Shown: in pieces, positions 27,341-39,805 of the stretch
How the letters are laid out: each line of letters opens with the position of its first letter
Numbering within the stretch: position 1 is the first letter of the stretch
Source of the DNA: Mya arenaria
Lineage: Eukaryota
DNA length: 64,000 nucleotides
Reading direction: 5' to 3'
Assembly: GCF_026914265.1 (NCBI RefSeq)
Contig: NC_069133.1
Coordinates: forward strand, 48,545,355 to 48,609,354
Notes under the pieces: model-generated
Databases searched by the model: none
What the model was told of the DNA's origin: nothing
What the model saw: the letters and a program-made list of their open reading frames with translations, nothing else
Translations under genes and position numbers: made by a program

Positions 27341-28063
27341 TTTTACCATTTCTTTAGAAATATATTAAGTCATTAATTTGTTACTGTTTCTTTTAATTCA
27401 CTTCATATAACATAACTATTTGTTCGTTTGTATGTGTGCTGTAACTCAATGATATTGCGTAGACGCAATTGATTTTTTGCGATGAAGGATTATACCATAT
27501 ATTTTAAAAGAAATACACGGTGTTTGAGGTGATTTTGAGACGTTGATGTGAATATGTAGCGTGATTTTGCGTATTAAGTACGCTGTAAAGAGTTATAGTA
27601 ATGGTGTCAAGTTCTGGTACTAGATAGGTAGTAGACATAAGGTTAGGGTTATGGTTACTTTGTATTAGTGTCTACATTACTGTGATAAAAGTATAGCAAA
27701 GGTAGAGCCTATAGTCAGTGGATAGTTATGTAGAGAGAGTGGCAGTAAGAGTTAGCACACTAATTACGCTTCCAGTAAATAAGCATCCCGTTAATGTTCG
27801 GAGCGCCCTAAATCCCAATGACGGGTGCACTAGAAATCCGTGCTTAATGGTCGTACAAAATAACCATGCATCGAACACCGGCACTTGTTTGTTTCAAAAC
27901 GAAAGCAGTACTCTCTGGGTGTGAATTATCCATGCAAGACATGGACACCGTAGGAATACCGAGAATGTGTATCTGCTCTGCAAGCTGAAAAGCTCTTTCA
28001 AATTAAGCTACCGGTCTCCATTATATACAGCTCCTGAAATACGTTTTCTAGTCTGTGTCTCAA

Positions 28064-28064
28064 T

Positions 28065-28148
<84 letters not shown>
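28064..28148. repeat. (TA)n microsatellite, about 42 units, at the left boundary of block B
   Basis: Seen directly. Confidence 0.95.
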
Positions 28149-28151
<3 letters not shown>

Positions 28152-28781
28152 CCACAAACATATATTCCCATAACGTGCTGTATGTATTTGAAAATCCTAT
28201 TATTATCTTAACGAATAAAATATAGAATTTGCAATTATAACCTTCAATATACCAAAAAGAACAACGCTAAAGAAAGCAATTAGACGTCTATATTTGGAAC
28301 AAAGAGTTTTTACCTCATTTTAATGTCAATAACTTAAACCAAAGGGTGTGTAATTTAGGGGAACAAACCTTCCCTCAGAACAGAAATTTAAATAGTTTAA
28401 CATGTTGACAGGGTACATTTTGGTACTCCTCCAAGGCAAATGTAATAATTTCTAGGCCGAAAAGGGACATTTTCAGAGTATTTTATTACTTATTTTGCCA
28501 GGAATTGATATAAAAAGTTAATTTGGACGATTTAAAGGAGGTAAATATCTATTATACGCTAGTACAGAAATTTTCCTGACAGTAACTTATGTTAGATAAC
28601 GGATGCATGAGCTCTGAAGTAACAACGAATTAAGCACAATGTAATAATCCATTTACAGTCTACTTTATATTAATGCCTGAGGCGACTATAAATTAATTGC
28701 TGTTTTTTTATCCCCGCCCGCCCCCTCTTTTTCCACCGCCCCTTAAATTTTATGACTCAAATTAAAAAGTTGAACAATGGT

Positions 28782-29515
28782 CTGTACTTGCGCATCGGTC
28801 AGGAACTGTCCGGGAACGGCGTTTAATCATACCTACGGTGTCGAATGAAAATTGTTATTATCCTGTTCGTTGATCGTCTAGAAACATATATATGGTCGAA
28901 TTATGTATCCACGGCGAGCGCGACACACGAGTTATGTGTATACAACAAGCGCGACACTCGGTTTTGGACACACGGCCAGCGTAATACACGCGTTATATAT
29001 ACACTGCGAGCGCGACACATGGGTTATGTATACGCGGCGATCGCGACACACGGGTTATGTATACACGGCGATCGCGACACACGCGTTTTGTATATACGGC
29101 GAGCGTGACACACGCGTTATGTATACACGGCGATCGCGACACACGCGTTTTGTATACACGGCGAGCGTGACACACGCGTTATGTATACACGGCGATCGCG
29201 ACACACGGATTATGTATACAAGGCGAGCTCGACACACGGATTATGTATACACGGCGATCGCGACACACGGGTTATGTATACAAGGCGAGCGTGACACACG
29301 GATCATGTATACACGGCGATCGCGGCACACGGGTTATGTATACAAGGCGAGCGTGACACACGGATTATGTATACACGGCGATCGCGACACACGGGTTATG
29401 TATACACTGCGAGCGCCACACATGGGTTATGTAAACACGGCGAGCCCGTGATCTGTATTTGCGCATCGGTCAGGAACTGTCCGGGGACGGCGTTTAATCA
29501 TACCTACGGTGTCGA
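28782..29515. repeat. Composite insertion private to block B: 62-bp direct repeats (28782-28844 and 29453-29515) flanking a 31-bp tandem array of ~17.5 copies (28903-29452; unit ggcgatcgcgacacacgggttatgtatacac)
   Basis: The direct repeats are 60/62 identical: ctgta[ct]ttgcgcatcggtcaggaactgtccggg[ag]acggcgtttaatcatacctacggtgtcga. Array units alternate between the GAGCG and GATCG variants. The whole 28660-29740 segment is absent from block A at ~480-600. Confidence 0.85.
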
Positions 29516-30138
29516 TGTGTAACATTCAAATGTTACAAAGGAATAATGTTATGAAGCATCTATATGGTCCCTAATGAAATAAAAAAGGGCTTATACATAT
29601 ATTCAACGGTAAAACAGACGAACATCTAAGAACAAAAACATATGTCACCTCCGCCCAAATTTAAAAGAATTTAGCAAATCATTATATTGGCCTTATTGTA
29701 AGCAGTTCTTTGGATAAGGTATAAATTTACAATTACAACTCATGTTACGAAATCTGATCGATTAAATTTGAGCTCACACGTCTGTGCATTCATACTGTCA
29801 TTTACAGAGGTGTACAGGTCGCTAACAAACCAATCCCTATACAGTCATCCGTATAAATAGATATGAAGTAGAAAATACTAACAAGGAAGTAAAAATCTGT
29901 TTTAAGTTAATGTTCAATTTTATTATTTAAAGGAGAAAAACAGTCTTAAAAAGTTTCATATTATAAATTAATGGAATTAAATTATGTTTGTTATTCATAA
30001 GAACATTGTCGGATTTAACCTCTGTGCCGTTTCCCGTAATTGGTCTTATGTAGGAGTGTTTATATGCAGGGTATAACCTATCAATCATAGTGACTTCATT
30101 CGTTAAATGGTTGTATAAACGCAGTAAGTTATTTAAAG

Positions 30139-30141
<3 letters not shown>

Positions 30142-30209
<68 letters not shown>

Positions 30210-30218
30210 GTAGTAGTG
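30142..30218. repeat. (ATT)n microsatellite, the short orthologue of the 985-1740 array
   Basis: Seen directly. Same flank as in block A: gtataaacgcagtaagtt. Confidence 0.9.
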
Positions 30219-32154
30219 GTGTATCAGTCACTATCGTTCATACAAGTTTCACAACGTCATACTATGTTTCAATCTTTGTACTCTTTTAACTTGAGGAATG
30301 AATTGCGGGGTTGATGTCATTTTCAGGGTATGAACGCAATTGGGCTGGTCAAAGTGTGTGGAGTATATTTACACCAATAGTTCTTTAATTCATTCAAGAA
30401 TTGTTAAAAAATTAATTCATTTCAGTTTAGAAAATCTTTCAGTAATCCTTTCTTACCCATTCTGTAAATAGAACGACCCGACTGTAACCGGAAACATCTT
30501 TTTAAATGACGTCACAATAACGCGGGAAAAGAACAACCACTTGAAATGACTTTTAAACGTAAAATTGCAACCCTTTTGGCAACAATACATTTAAAATATA
30601 ATAAATTAACACTTTCTTAAATGTTGATTTATATTTTACGGGACCTGCTGACAAAATACAAACAATAACAAGATCAATAGTTTTCATGTATATTGTTATG
30701 CGATGAATTGCGATCCGAACATATCCGAAGATGTTGCGGTCATCGATTCATGAACGCAATTGCCAAAAGGCATTTCATGTAAGGAATGGAAGTTGAGGTG
30801 TAAATATTGTTCTATGAACTGAAAACTGCATGTCTACTTCAGTTCTATATGATCTAGTGATTATTTCGTATTAAATCGATACTCAGCTATTATTCAAAGA
30901 AGGGAAAAGGTTATTAAAGTTTGTTTTTTATTTCATTTAATAAATATATATAATATTTACAGATTTGGGAGACCAGGACATGTGTCAATTGTTTTTTAAG
31001 TGTATACTATATATAGCTGTTAGTATTGATTCCAATTTTGGTTTATTTATAATAAGTTGTTTATGATATTTGATAGTAAGGCGAAAATCAAGGTTATTTA
31101 GCATGCCATCTTGCTAAGGTCATTATTTAATATCATGTAATGGCTTTATCATGACGTAAGCACGTATAACCAAATATTACGAACTATTAGCAATAGAACA
31201 CGCAATCATGACTAACCCAACCTTTCAACACATATTTTTGCAGATCATGTCATCCAATTCTTCGTATACATAATTCCTTATTAATATTTGCCTCTGGATT
31301 TATCCATTACAGAAAATATACATTATACATAACAATATCCTACAGAATTTATTTGCTAACATTATAAATATTTTGTTTAACGCACTTCACAATGCAAAGT
31401 GGGTAGGGAAGTCTTTAAATTTAAAACGCTTCAAAATGTATTTTTTCTTCTAAGTTAAGAGGTACAATATTATGCGAGAATATTAACACCTCAACATCCA
31501 TTCCTTTAATGAACGGCCTTACGGCAATTGCGATTATTTAACGATGAACCCAACACCTACGGATATGTTCGGATCACGAATCATCGCGTGTTTATACCCA
31601 CTGAAAATTGTTTATCTTATTATTAACTGTATTGTGTAAGCAGGCAACGACAAACTTAAATCAACATTTTGAAAAGTGTAAAAAAGGTATATGAATGTCG
31701 TCATACGCGTGTCAATGGTACGTTAAAATCAACTATAAATGTGATTATTTTTCCCACGTTATTATTACATCATATGATAAAGTGTGTTTGGTTGCGCTCG
31801 TGTCGTTCTACTTACAGAATGGGTGAGAAAGAATAACTGTTAGGTTTTTTAAATAGTTAGGTATTTTTTTAACAATTCTGAAAAGGAATAATGAACTATT
31901 GGTGTAAAGGTAAGACATAATTTGCGTTAAACCGTTTGGCAAATAATACAGGAAAACCCCATGTGATTTTTTAAATTTTATTTATAATTTCTTGAACCAG
32001 CACTCCCTCACTTTTCGGTAAATATTTTCTTAAAAGTATTTTCTGTGTATTTACATTTTAGATGATAAACTTACTTTGTTCTTATGTATCTCCATGTGTC
32101 GATTTTCTACGATGTCCTATGAACATTTATTATTGTTTCAGGATGGAGACATGA

Positions 32155-32199
32155 ATGAACGTATCAATGATTCTACGAATATGCCTAATTCTACGAGTA
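32155..32199 (+). CDS. Gene B (death-domain receptor paralogue B), first coding exon: signal peptide MNVSMILRICLILRV
   Basis: Conserved with gene A 2573-2617. GTAAGT donor at 32200. TTTCAG immediately upstream. Confidence 0.45.
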
Positions 32200-32692
32200 G
32201 TAAGTATGATAATTAGTTCCTAAGTCCCCGAAGGGTGTCATACAATATTCTCACAGTCTGTCCATCCGGACGTCCGTGTAACCGGTCTTAATTCCGTTAG
32301 TTCGGCTGTTACAAAAATGTGTCTGCACAATTACTCCTGAATGGTTTCACCTAGCTCTATCAAACTTGAGTGGTAAGATGACGAGTAGATGACCCCTATT
32401 GTTTTCGAGGTTACCAGGTCGAATGTTATGATTATAGAATTATAATATAAATTAACGGCCATCCGTTCGTCTATGCTTTGGATTTAAAATTATTCCAAAT
32501 GCATTAAAATGATGAAGTAATACTTTGAATGTATAATGATAACAATACAGCTAATGATCGTAATGATTGTATTTAACGGTTATCAGAAAAAAGAAAGCTT
32601 GAGACATAAAAGTTTAATGACAATAAAGCGCAGTGTTACCTTAAACTAGTATTAATGCACAGAGTGAGTACGGGTTTACAAATTTATGTCAG

Positions 32693-32945
32693 ATCCACGA
32701 GGTCAGTGGAGGTTTTATACCTGTGGAGTCTCGGTGTGCCAAAACATGTTCGAGACAGGAGATGGGCTGGTCCTTCAACTGTGATGGGGACAATACCACA
32801 TGTGACTGGCAGTGTGCGGCCCAGAGGAAGGATTGTCCAGAGGGCCTGACGTATCACTGCGCGGCTGACTACGAGGACTTTGAACTGCATACCGGTAATA
32901 TCAACTACTTGGAAGAATGTGCCCTGGAAAAGCCCTGCAAGAGAG
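32693..32945 (+). CDS. Gene B exon 2: Cys-rich ectodomain, part 1 (...CAKTCSRQEMGWSFNCDGDNTTCDWQCAAQRKDCPEGLTYHCAADYEDFELHTGNINYLEECALEKPCKR)
   Basis: GTCAG acceptor; G|GTTTGT donor. Three codons shorter than gene A exon 2. In frame with ORF 32723..32953. Confidence 0.7.
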
Positions 32946-33156
32946 GTTTGTAGTAACGAACTCATACGTAACACCTTGCCTGCTCTACTGTATTAGGATT
33001 TACATTCTAAATGTCGCCGTTCTTCAATTCAAACTGCTGCTAGGGGCTAATAAGCAAACATCAATGTTTTATATTTTGTACTAGGTGAGAGGCTCAGTTG
33101 ATATACGCATCTTATAAAAAATGTATTTCGATTCATATCGAATGTATTTGTTTTAG

Positions 33157-33507
33157 GTGAAGAACCAAGTATCACTTTATACGCCAATGGAGAAAAACTT
33201 CCCCCGAACAAAGCCAGGATAAATTGTATACCTTGCTCAAACAAACTCTTCTTCAACAACATAGACGGCAGATTGTCCTCGTCATATAGCAGGTGTTTCA
33301 GGCAAAAGTTTAACAAGTGCATTCGGGAGCGCAACAAAATAAACTGTGGTGAGTCCTGGCTTGAACGAAAGATGACTGACGGCTTCTGCAGGTGCGATGC
33401 AAGGAGAGGGTTCGCTCCTGAGAATGAAAACATCGAAACAAAATGTTTCTTCGCTTCTGAACTTTGTACGTTGAGGAAATGTCCGTCTACACAGGAGCTG
33501 GCTTTAA
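33157..33507 (+). CDS. Gene B exon 3: Cys-rich ectodomain, part 2
   Basis: TTTTAG acceptor; A|GTAAGT donor at 33508. 351 nt, as in gene A. ORF 33273..33521 is in frame. Confidence 0.75.
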
Positions 33508-33639
33508 GTAAGTGTTTTTAAGGAAAATTAAACAAATATTGTTATAAGATATTATATATCATATAGATAATCAAACTCGTATATTTATATGCATATAGCA
33601 TTTTCAAAGTACGATGGGCATTCAGTATGTTATGCATCC

Positions 33640-33900
33640 GGCCCCAATTTCTCGAAACTTCTTAAGTCCCTTATAACAGGATTAAGCTAAACTCGCTATT
33701 TTTGTTCTTCAATAATTTGCATAATATTAACTTCTTAAAGAGGTTTTATTCTTCGCATAGGAGTTATATTTATGATGATCTAATGAACCATTTTTCATTT
33801 ATCAAAATTCAATTTCAGTATGTATTTTATCTAATTGAAATAAGCTACTTAAGCCTGTCAAGCTTAAGAAGTTTCGAGAAATTGGGGCCCGAAGCTTGTT
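33640..33900. mobile_element. MITE-like element (~260 bp) with ~27-bp terminal inverted repeats GGCCCCAATTTCTCGAAACTTCTTAAG, in intron 3 of gene B
   Basis: The left terminus at 33641-33667 and the reverse complement of the right terminus at 33871-33897 (cttaagaagtttcgagaaattggggcc) are perfect inverted repeats. The AT-rich interior has no ORF. It is absent from gene A intron 3. Confidence 0.7.
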
Positions 33901-36900
33901 TCTATGAGTATATGTTTAACTTTAACGAGAAGGCAGGTTTGCACGCTTCAAAAATGATAGGAGGAAATTCAGTAAAATCGAAATTAAGCATATACAAAGA
34001 TTTAGTAGAGCTTGATAATTATTTAACAGTAATGCTATGAGTCAAGACATATATATCAAACCTGGAGAGAGAGAAAAAGTTGTCTTGAGAAGTTAGGCTT
34101 ATCTGCTTTCAGGGCCATGTATAAAAATGTAAGAGGTAAACGCATCTGTGTTTTGGACACTGCCACTCTTCTGTATCGTTTTTAAACGGAATAATTGTAG
34201 CTATTTTCAATCGTAGCAAAACAATAAAAAAGATATTGAAAAAAGATCTTAAAGAAATGTTTGGCAAATTAAATTGTAGGTTACTTTAGGTTTACCAGTT
34301 TTATTCAAGGGCTATGTCCATGTGGGCATCAGTTTCATAACAAATATATACCAAGATAAACACAAGGATGTATGGCAAATGATAACAAAACAGTTTAGTG
34401 ATACATGAAACAGAAATAAGAAAACGCATATCTGCATATATTTCGTTAAAAAGGCAAAGTGATATTTAGATATTAGTTATTCTAGTGGAGTATGAAATGT
34501 ATTATATTGATGTTGTTTTTTCCGCTGAATTAGGAAGATGGACAGAAGGAATTGATTAACAACTTGCACTAATGTTTCGCAAAACTAAATAATTTTAGGA
34601 GGATATTTATATCAATAGTTTTGAAAAATAAGAGTATTCTGTCTGCATATGGAATTGTTTATGTCTTTACTTTTTATTAAATTAGATTTTGTACATTGGA
34701 AAGTCATGTTTAGAGCACATGTGACATATTCTATCAAAAGGTTCATTATATATAATTAAATGTACTTTTTCAATAGGCAACCTATGATTACAAAACCATA
34801 TATAAAACTATGCTTTGCATCAGCTGATCATAAGATAAAACACGTAATTCACCGAATATTGTGATATTTGGTGTTGACCTTTTAATATTCATAATGAGTA
34901 GAGTTGAAACTAAGCAATCATTTATTTTTTTCTTAAAACCTCATAACTCAGAGCTATATATTAATATAGAAATGATCATAGCATCAATTACATCGAGTTG
35001 TAGATCAAGGTAAAAAACAATGACCTTGAAGTTACAAAAAAGAGAACATGGACGCACAAGAGCCTTTTCGTTTATTTAACTTGGCGCTATAGTTGAAACA
35101 GACACTCAGGTAGCTACTGGAGTTGTAAAAAAAATATGTCCAATCTGTTATTGATATAAATAAGTAAAAATGGTAGATTACTACATTCTTCTTTAGAGAA
35201 TATAACAAAATAATATTGGAATTGATTGCTAATTTTCACCAATTACAAAACAATGTATGGCACATAAAGCATACTGTAAACCAGAGGCTGATTCTGACAA
35301 AGTAGCAGTGCTTTCAGCATTCACCAACATATAAAGCCTTAAAATGTTTTGAATTGACTCAGATAAATCCTTATGAAGCTCAGTCAAATGTGCCACCAAG
35401 TCATTTAAGAAATAAAAACAAAATCAGAGATAACATTTCTCCTTGAAGTTCCCAAAAAGAACTTAAAAATTAATAAGATAAGCCGCCATGTCTTATTACG
35501 CAACACGTTGCATTTCCATAAATAAAGTATATACTTTTGAATACTTTATTTTTAATAGCATTACGTAATAAATGTGCTAGAGTGACACACGTCTAACTGA
35601 GACAAACGCCTTACGGTTATCAACAATTGCACCCTTGTAGGCACCCACTAATATCTTTAGAGGAAATACATGATTCACAGACCACAGTGCTGTAAATTTT
35701 TCTAAAACCAACCTGTTTCTCGCACAAATGGCCTGAATCTTCTAAAAATATACTATCTTTCTATTTATAATACTTGTAAATAATTTTCTAAAACAGCTAA
35801 ATATGGTTATACCTCTATAATTATCAGATTTATTTAATTCCCCGTTCTTGTAATGTTTGGAAAGCATTGTAACTTTATACAATGTACCATTCTTCGGGAC
35901 TAAGACTTGTATCCAAAATAAGATCGAACAATTTACATATATTGTATTGCATTCAAATCATACCAATTATCAAAATATGTTGTTTGATCTTGTCCTGGAT
36001 TCGTTTTTGTGTTATGCCTTCTTTGTTTTCATGGCAAAGATAATCAATAACTCGGGAGAACAACGCACATAATCAATAGGACTTATCCTTCTATTTTGAA
36101 ACTTTTTTACATTGCCACATCTTCCGTTAGCAATATGGATATCAAATGAATTGCACATCTCAATAAGTCTATAACCATGGTTATAAGTGATTAATCACAG
36201 GAGTGTCTTTATACAGAAATGGCTAATTTACTCAGCTAAATGTTGTCTTTTTTAAACGAAATTGGTATAAACCACACATTTATCATGACCAATGTTTTCT
36301 TCTATATGTAAATATTCCAACTTTGTTCCAAATATATCATTCAAATCATCAATCAATTAGGCATACATGACAATTTTCAGAAGCATTTGTTAAAATATCA
36401 TTTACAAAAGACTCATCAAATAATTCTACAGAACTTGATATTGACCCTTCAGGAGGAATATAAACTAATCAGAATATAACATTTGCAAAAATACAGTTTA
36501 ATCAAATGTTAACAAAAATAGTTTCAGTTGTCATAGTTTAAAACTCTTATGAAGGGAGCTAAAATAGTTTTGATCAAAACACCAACCCGACAGATTAATG
36601 TTGACATATTTGATGGTAAAAGCCAAAGATATTATATTCATCGATGTTTACAGTATCCAAATCATCAAGCTTTGTTTCAGACAAACCAGTGGCATCATAT
36701 TCAATGATAAAGTTATAAAAATCACAAAAAACAATATATCTAACAAACAACACACATTGAAGGATACAAACTTTAATAAGACAGAAACGTTAGAATTAAA
36801 CTTACCAAAAGAACAATAATTATGATAATGACTAGAACACTTGGTTATGAGACCCTAGTGAAATGACCTTCCTGTATGTCCTCATCATAATTTGCCAGGT

Positions 36901-37302
36901 CAATGATGGCTTTTAACACAATTCGTGGTGGTAAATAATAAAATGAAAACTACAGGGACAAGTCCAGCCCTGTTATTAGACACAAGGCAATGGTCTAAAT
37001 GACAATGAACAAGCCATAATGCAGCAAAATGGCGCACACAGACCTGAGTTCACTTGATGGATTGTTTAATAAAATCCTTCAAATGAACGTATTGAATCTG
37101 GTGTCAAAGGGGATTATTGTAAAGAATACATCCAACAAATAGAATTGCAACAATTTCATATATAACAAAGTTGTTACAGCAGCTAACCCATGTGTTGCAT
37201 GAATGTCTGTCATACCTTCAGTTAAGTGCTACGTATTTCAAATGACTAGTTTTAATTCAAAACGTACAAGCCATTTGTTAAACATGTATACAACAATACA
37301 AA

Positions 37303-37311
37303 TTATTATTA

Positions 37312-37366
<55 letters not shown>
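37303..37366. repeat. (ATT)n microsatellite just upstream of gene B exon 4
   Basis: Seen directly. Confidence 0.9.
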
Positions 37367-37392
37367 TTTAACTTTATTTATGTTATTTGTAG

Positions 37393-37474
37393 ATTACACC
37401 TGCATCAGCCATTGTCCAGACGGTTACCACAGAACGGACGATTCAGATAAATGTGTTGAGAGAGCAAGCGCCAC
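37393..37474 (+). CDS. Gene B exon 4: Cys-rich ectodomain, part 3 (NYTCISHCPDGYHRTDDSDKCVERASA)
   Basis: TTTGTAG acceptor; GTAAGA donor at 37475. 82 nt. Confidence 0.7.
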
Positions 37475-38159
37475 GTAAGAATTGCTTCTATTTCCATTCA
37501 TACTGTGCCCCTTGTATGTCCGATATAATTCCAACAAACGACATCTCATATTAGCCCGCGTGATCATTTTTAAGGATCATACATTGATCAAACAAAATAG
37601 TTACATTTTTAACTTTTCCCAAAAAAATTCACCTCTTAAGTCAATGGACAGAAATCAGACCCTTTCTCAAAATTGCTAAAATGATCCTGTACGTCAAAAT
37701 GCAAGGCCGATATAAGAATGAAACTGTTGTCCCTATTTGACTATATTAAAAGATCTTCTCTGAAATAAATGGTTAGAATTCAAATTAATTGGACAGAAAT
37801 GGCAATTATGGGAACCATTTATATAATTTGCTAAACATTAAAACATTTAACAACTTAATCGATAAAAACATCTACCAGAGGCAGGACCGATTTTCCCTCT
37901 GAAACCAATTTTTAAAAATCAGTATTATTTCACTCAATGATTATTGGGTGACCCTTTATTGAACAATCGCCGAAACGAAACTGGTCCGTACAAAAGCGCG
38001 GGGCTTGATTTCCGTATAGGACTATTAAAATCTTCATGAGATGACATTTTATCGTAACTATAACAAAGAAACTCCTTAAAAAATCCAAATAAACTATACT
38101 GATTTTCTAAGTGTGCGTATTAGATTTAGTTTGTTTTACTTGATAGTACTCCACTTTCG

Positions 38160-38790
38160 TTTGTAAATGCTATGTTTTGTAGTCAGTAAACGTTGTTTTT
38201 TTTCATGTACATTGTATGCATGATATGTTTGTCTAATCAGTAAACGCTTGTTGATTTCCTCGTATGTTTGATACGTTTTGTCTAATCAGTTAACGCTTGT
38301 TGACTTCCTCATTTTTTTATACTTTTATCTAGTCAGTAAACGCTTGTTTATTTCCCCGTGTGTTTGAAATGTTTGTCTTATCAGTAAACACGTGTTGATT
38401 TCATCGTTTGTATTATTCTCTTGTCAAGTCAGTAAACGCTTGTTGATTTTCTCGTTTGTATGATACTCTTGTCAAGTAAGTAAGCACGTGTTGATTTCCT
38501 CGTTTGTATGATACTCTTGTCAAGTCAGTAAACACGTGTTGATTTCCTCGTTTGTATGATACTCTTGTCAAGTCAGTAAACGCTTGTTGATTTCCTCGTT
38601 TGTATGATACTCTTGTCAAGTCAGTAAACGCTTGTTTATTTCCTCGTTTGTATGATACTAAGTAAGTAAACGCTTGTTGATTTCCTCGTTTGTATGATAC
38701 TCTTGTGAAGTCAGTAAACGCATAATGATTTCCTCGTTTGTATGATACTCTTGTCAAGTCAGTAAACGCTTGTGGATTAACTCGCATGCA
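38160..38790. repeat. Intronic 48-bp satellite, about 13 copies, well homogenised, in gene B intron 4
   Basis: Unit cctcgtttgtatgatactcttgtcaagtcagtaaacgcttgttgattt, with period 48-49 bp. ORF 38413..38796(-) is a repeat artefact. Confidence 0.9.
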
Positions 38791-38828
38791 TTTCAAAATT
38801 CAAACTTTTATCAGCATAATTATTTTAG

Positions 38829-38914
38829 AGCCAAAACGAAGACGCCAAAGACAGCTTCTTCTACAGCTGATCAAACACACACTCAGGTTACAATCGCCAC
38901 CACAACTGAAAATG
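38829..38914 (+). CDS. Gene B exon 5: Ser/Thr-rich stalk (TAKTKTPKTASSTADQTHTQVTIATTTEN)
   Basis: TTTTAG acceptor; G|GTATGT donor. 86 nt. Confidence 0.65.
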
Positions 38915-39697
38915 GTATGTTGTATTTGGATATTGTTGTGGCATAATACTGCAGTAAGATAGCCTGATACCGTTCTCGAATTGTTTTGTGTTAACTACTT
39001 TACTTTCGCGATAATTATCTAGCTATCTAGTTAATATTCGCGAAACGTTTTGGTAAATTAAATTACATAAGGCTAGAGACAGGCTTGACAGTTCTCGGAA
39101 CTGCAACTTGTTACCTTTTCATGCTTTACAATACTAACAGGTTATCTCGTTATTGTTTACGAATTCTACGTAATAAGTAACATAAACACTGGTTAACTAG
39201 ATAAGATTCGTGTAACCAATTATCTATAAATACATTTCTGTCTCTTTGCAGTATTTGGTTATCTTGTTATAATTTGTGAATACCACTTAATACGTAACAT
39301 CATAACCAAGCGACTAGATACGATTCGTGTTACCAGTTATCAGTAATATGCCACCATAGCATAATTGTATTCTAATGTTATGTTGTTGGGTTTTTTTTCA
39401 CATTGAAACACATCTATAATTGTTTGAACAAAAATGTTTTCAAGATCCTTTATCCTTTTCATTGTAGCTTCTTATCTCAAGTATATACGCTTTTAATTAC
39501 TATAATTTGAAGTATTCAAATTATATCTATAAGATCTTTCGTACTAAAAAACATCAAAATATCACCATAAACAAGCCTTTACAGGGTCTTTTGAGTGGCT
39601 AGCATGGAAATGCATTTGTTCCGAATTAACTGAATTGCATTTATGTGTATTAATGTATATCACATTTATGACATTTGCTTTTTCTCGTCTAATTCAG

Positions 39698-39805
39698 AGA
39701 AAGTTGTCGTCAGTACAAAGAAGACAAATGTTCTGGGTATAGTCATTGGAGTAGTACTTGGAACAGTTGTCGTAGGCCTTATTGCATGGATATTGATGAA
39801 GATCT
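39698..39805 (+). CDS. Gene B exon 6: transmembrane helix (LGIVIGVVLGTVVVGLIAWILM)
   Basis: ATTCAG acceptor; T|GTAAGT donor. Four codons longer than gene A exon 6. Confidence 0.7.

Noticed and set aside
28903-29451. 182-aa + strand ORF and periodic direct repeats that could be read as a CRISPR array
   Set aside because: The 31-bp units are contiguous, with no unique spacers, and the DNA is eukaryotic. The ORF is a periodic translation (…RRARHTGYVYT…) of the satellite.
38413-38796. 127-aa minus-strand ORF (…TRVSYKRGNQQAFTDL… repeated)
   Set aside because: Translation of the 48-bp intronic satellite.
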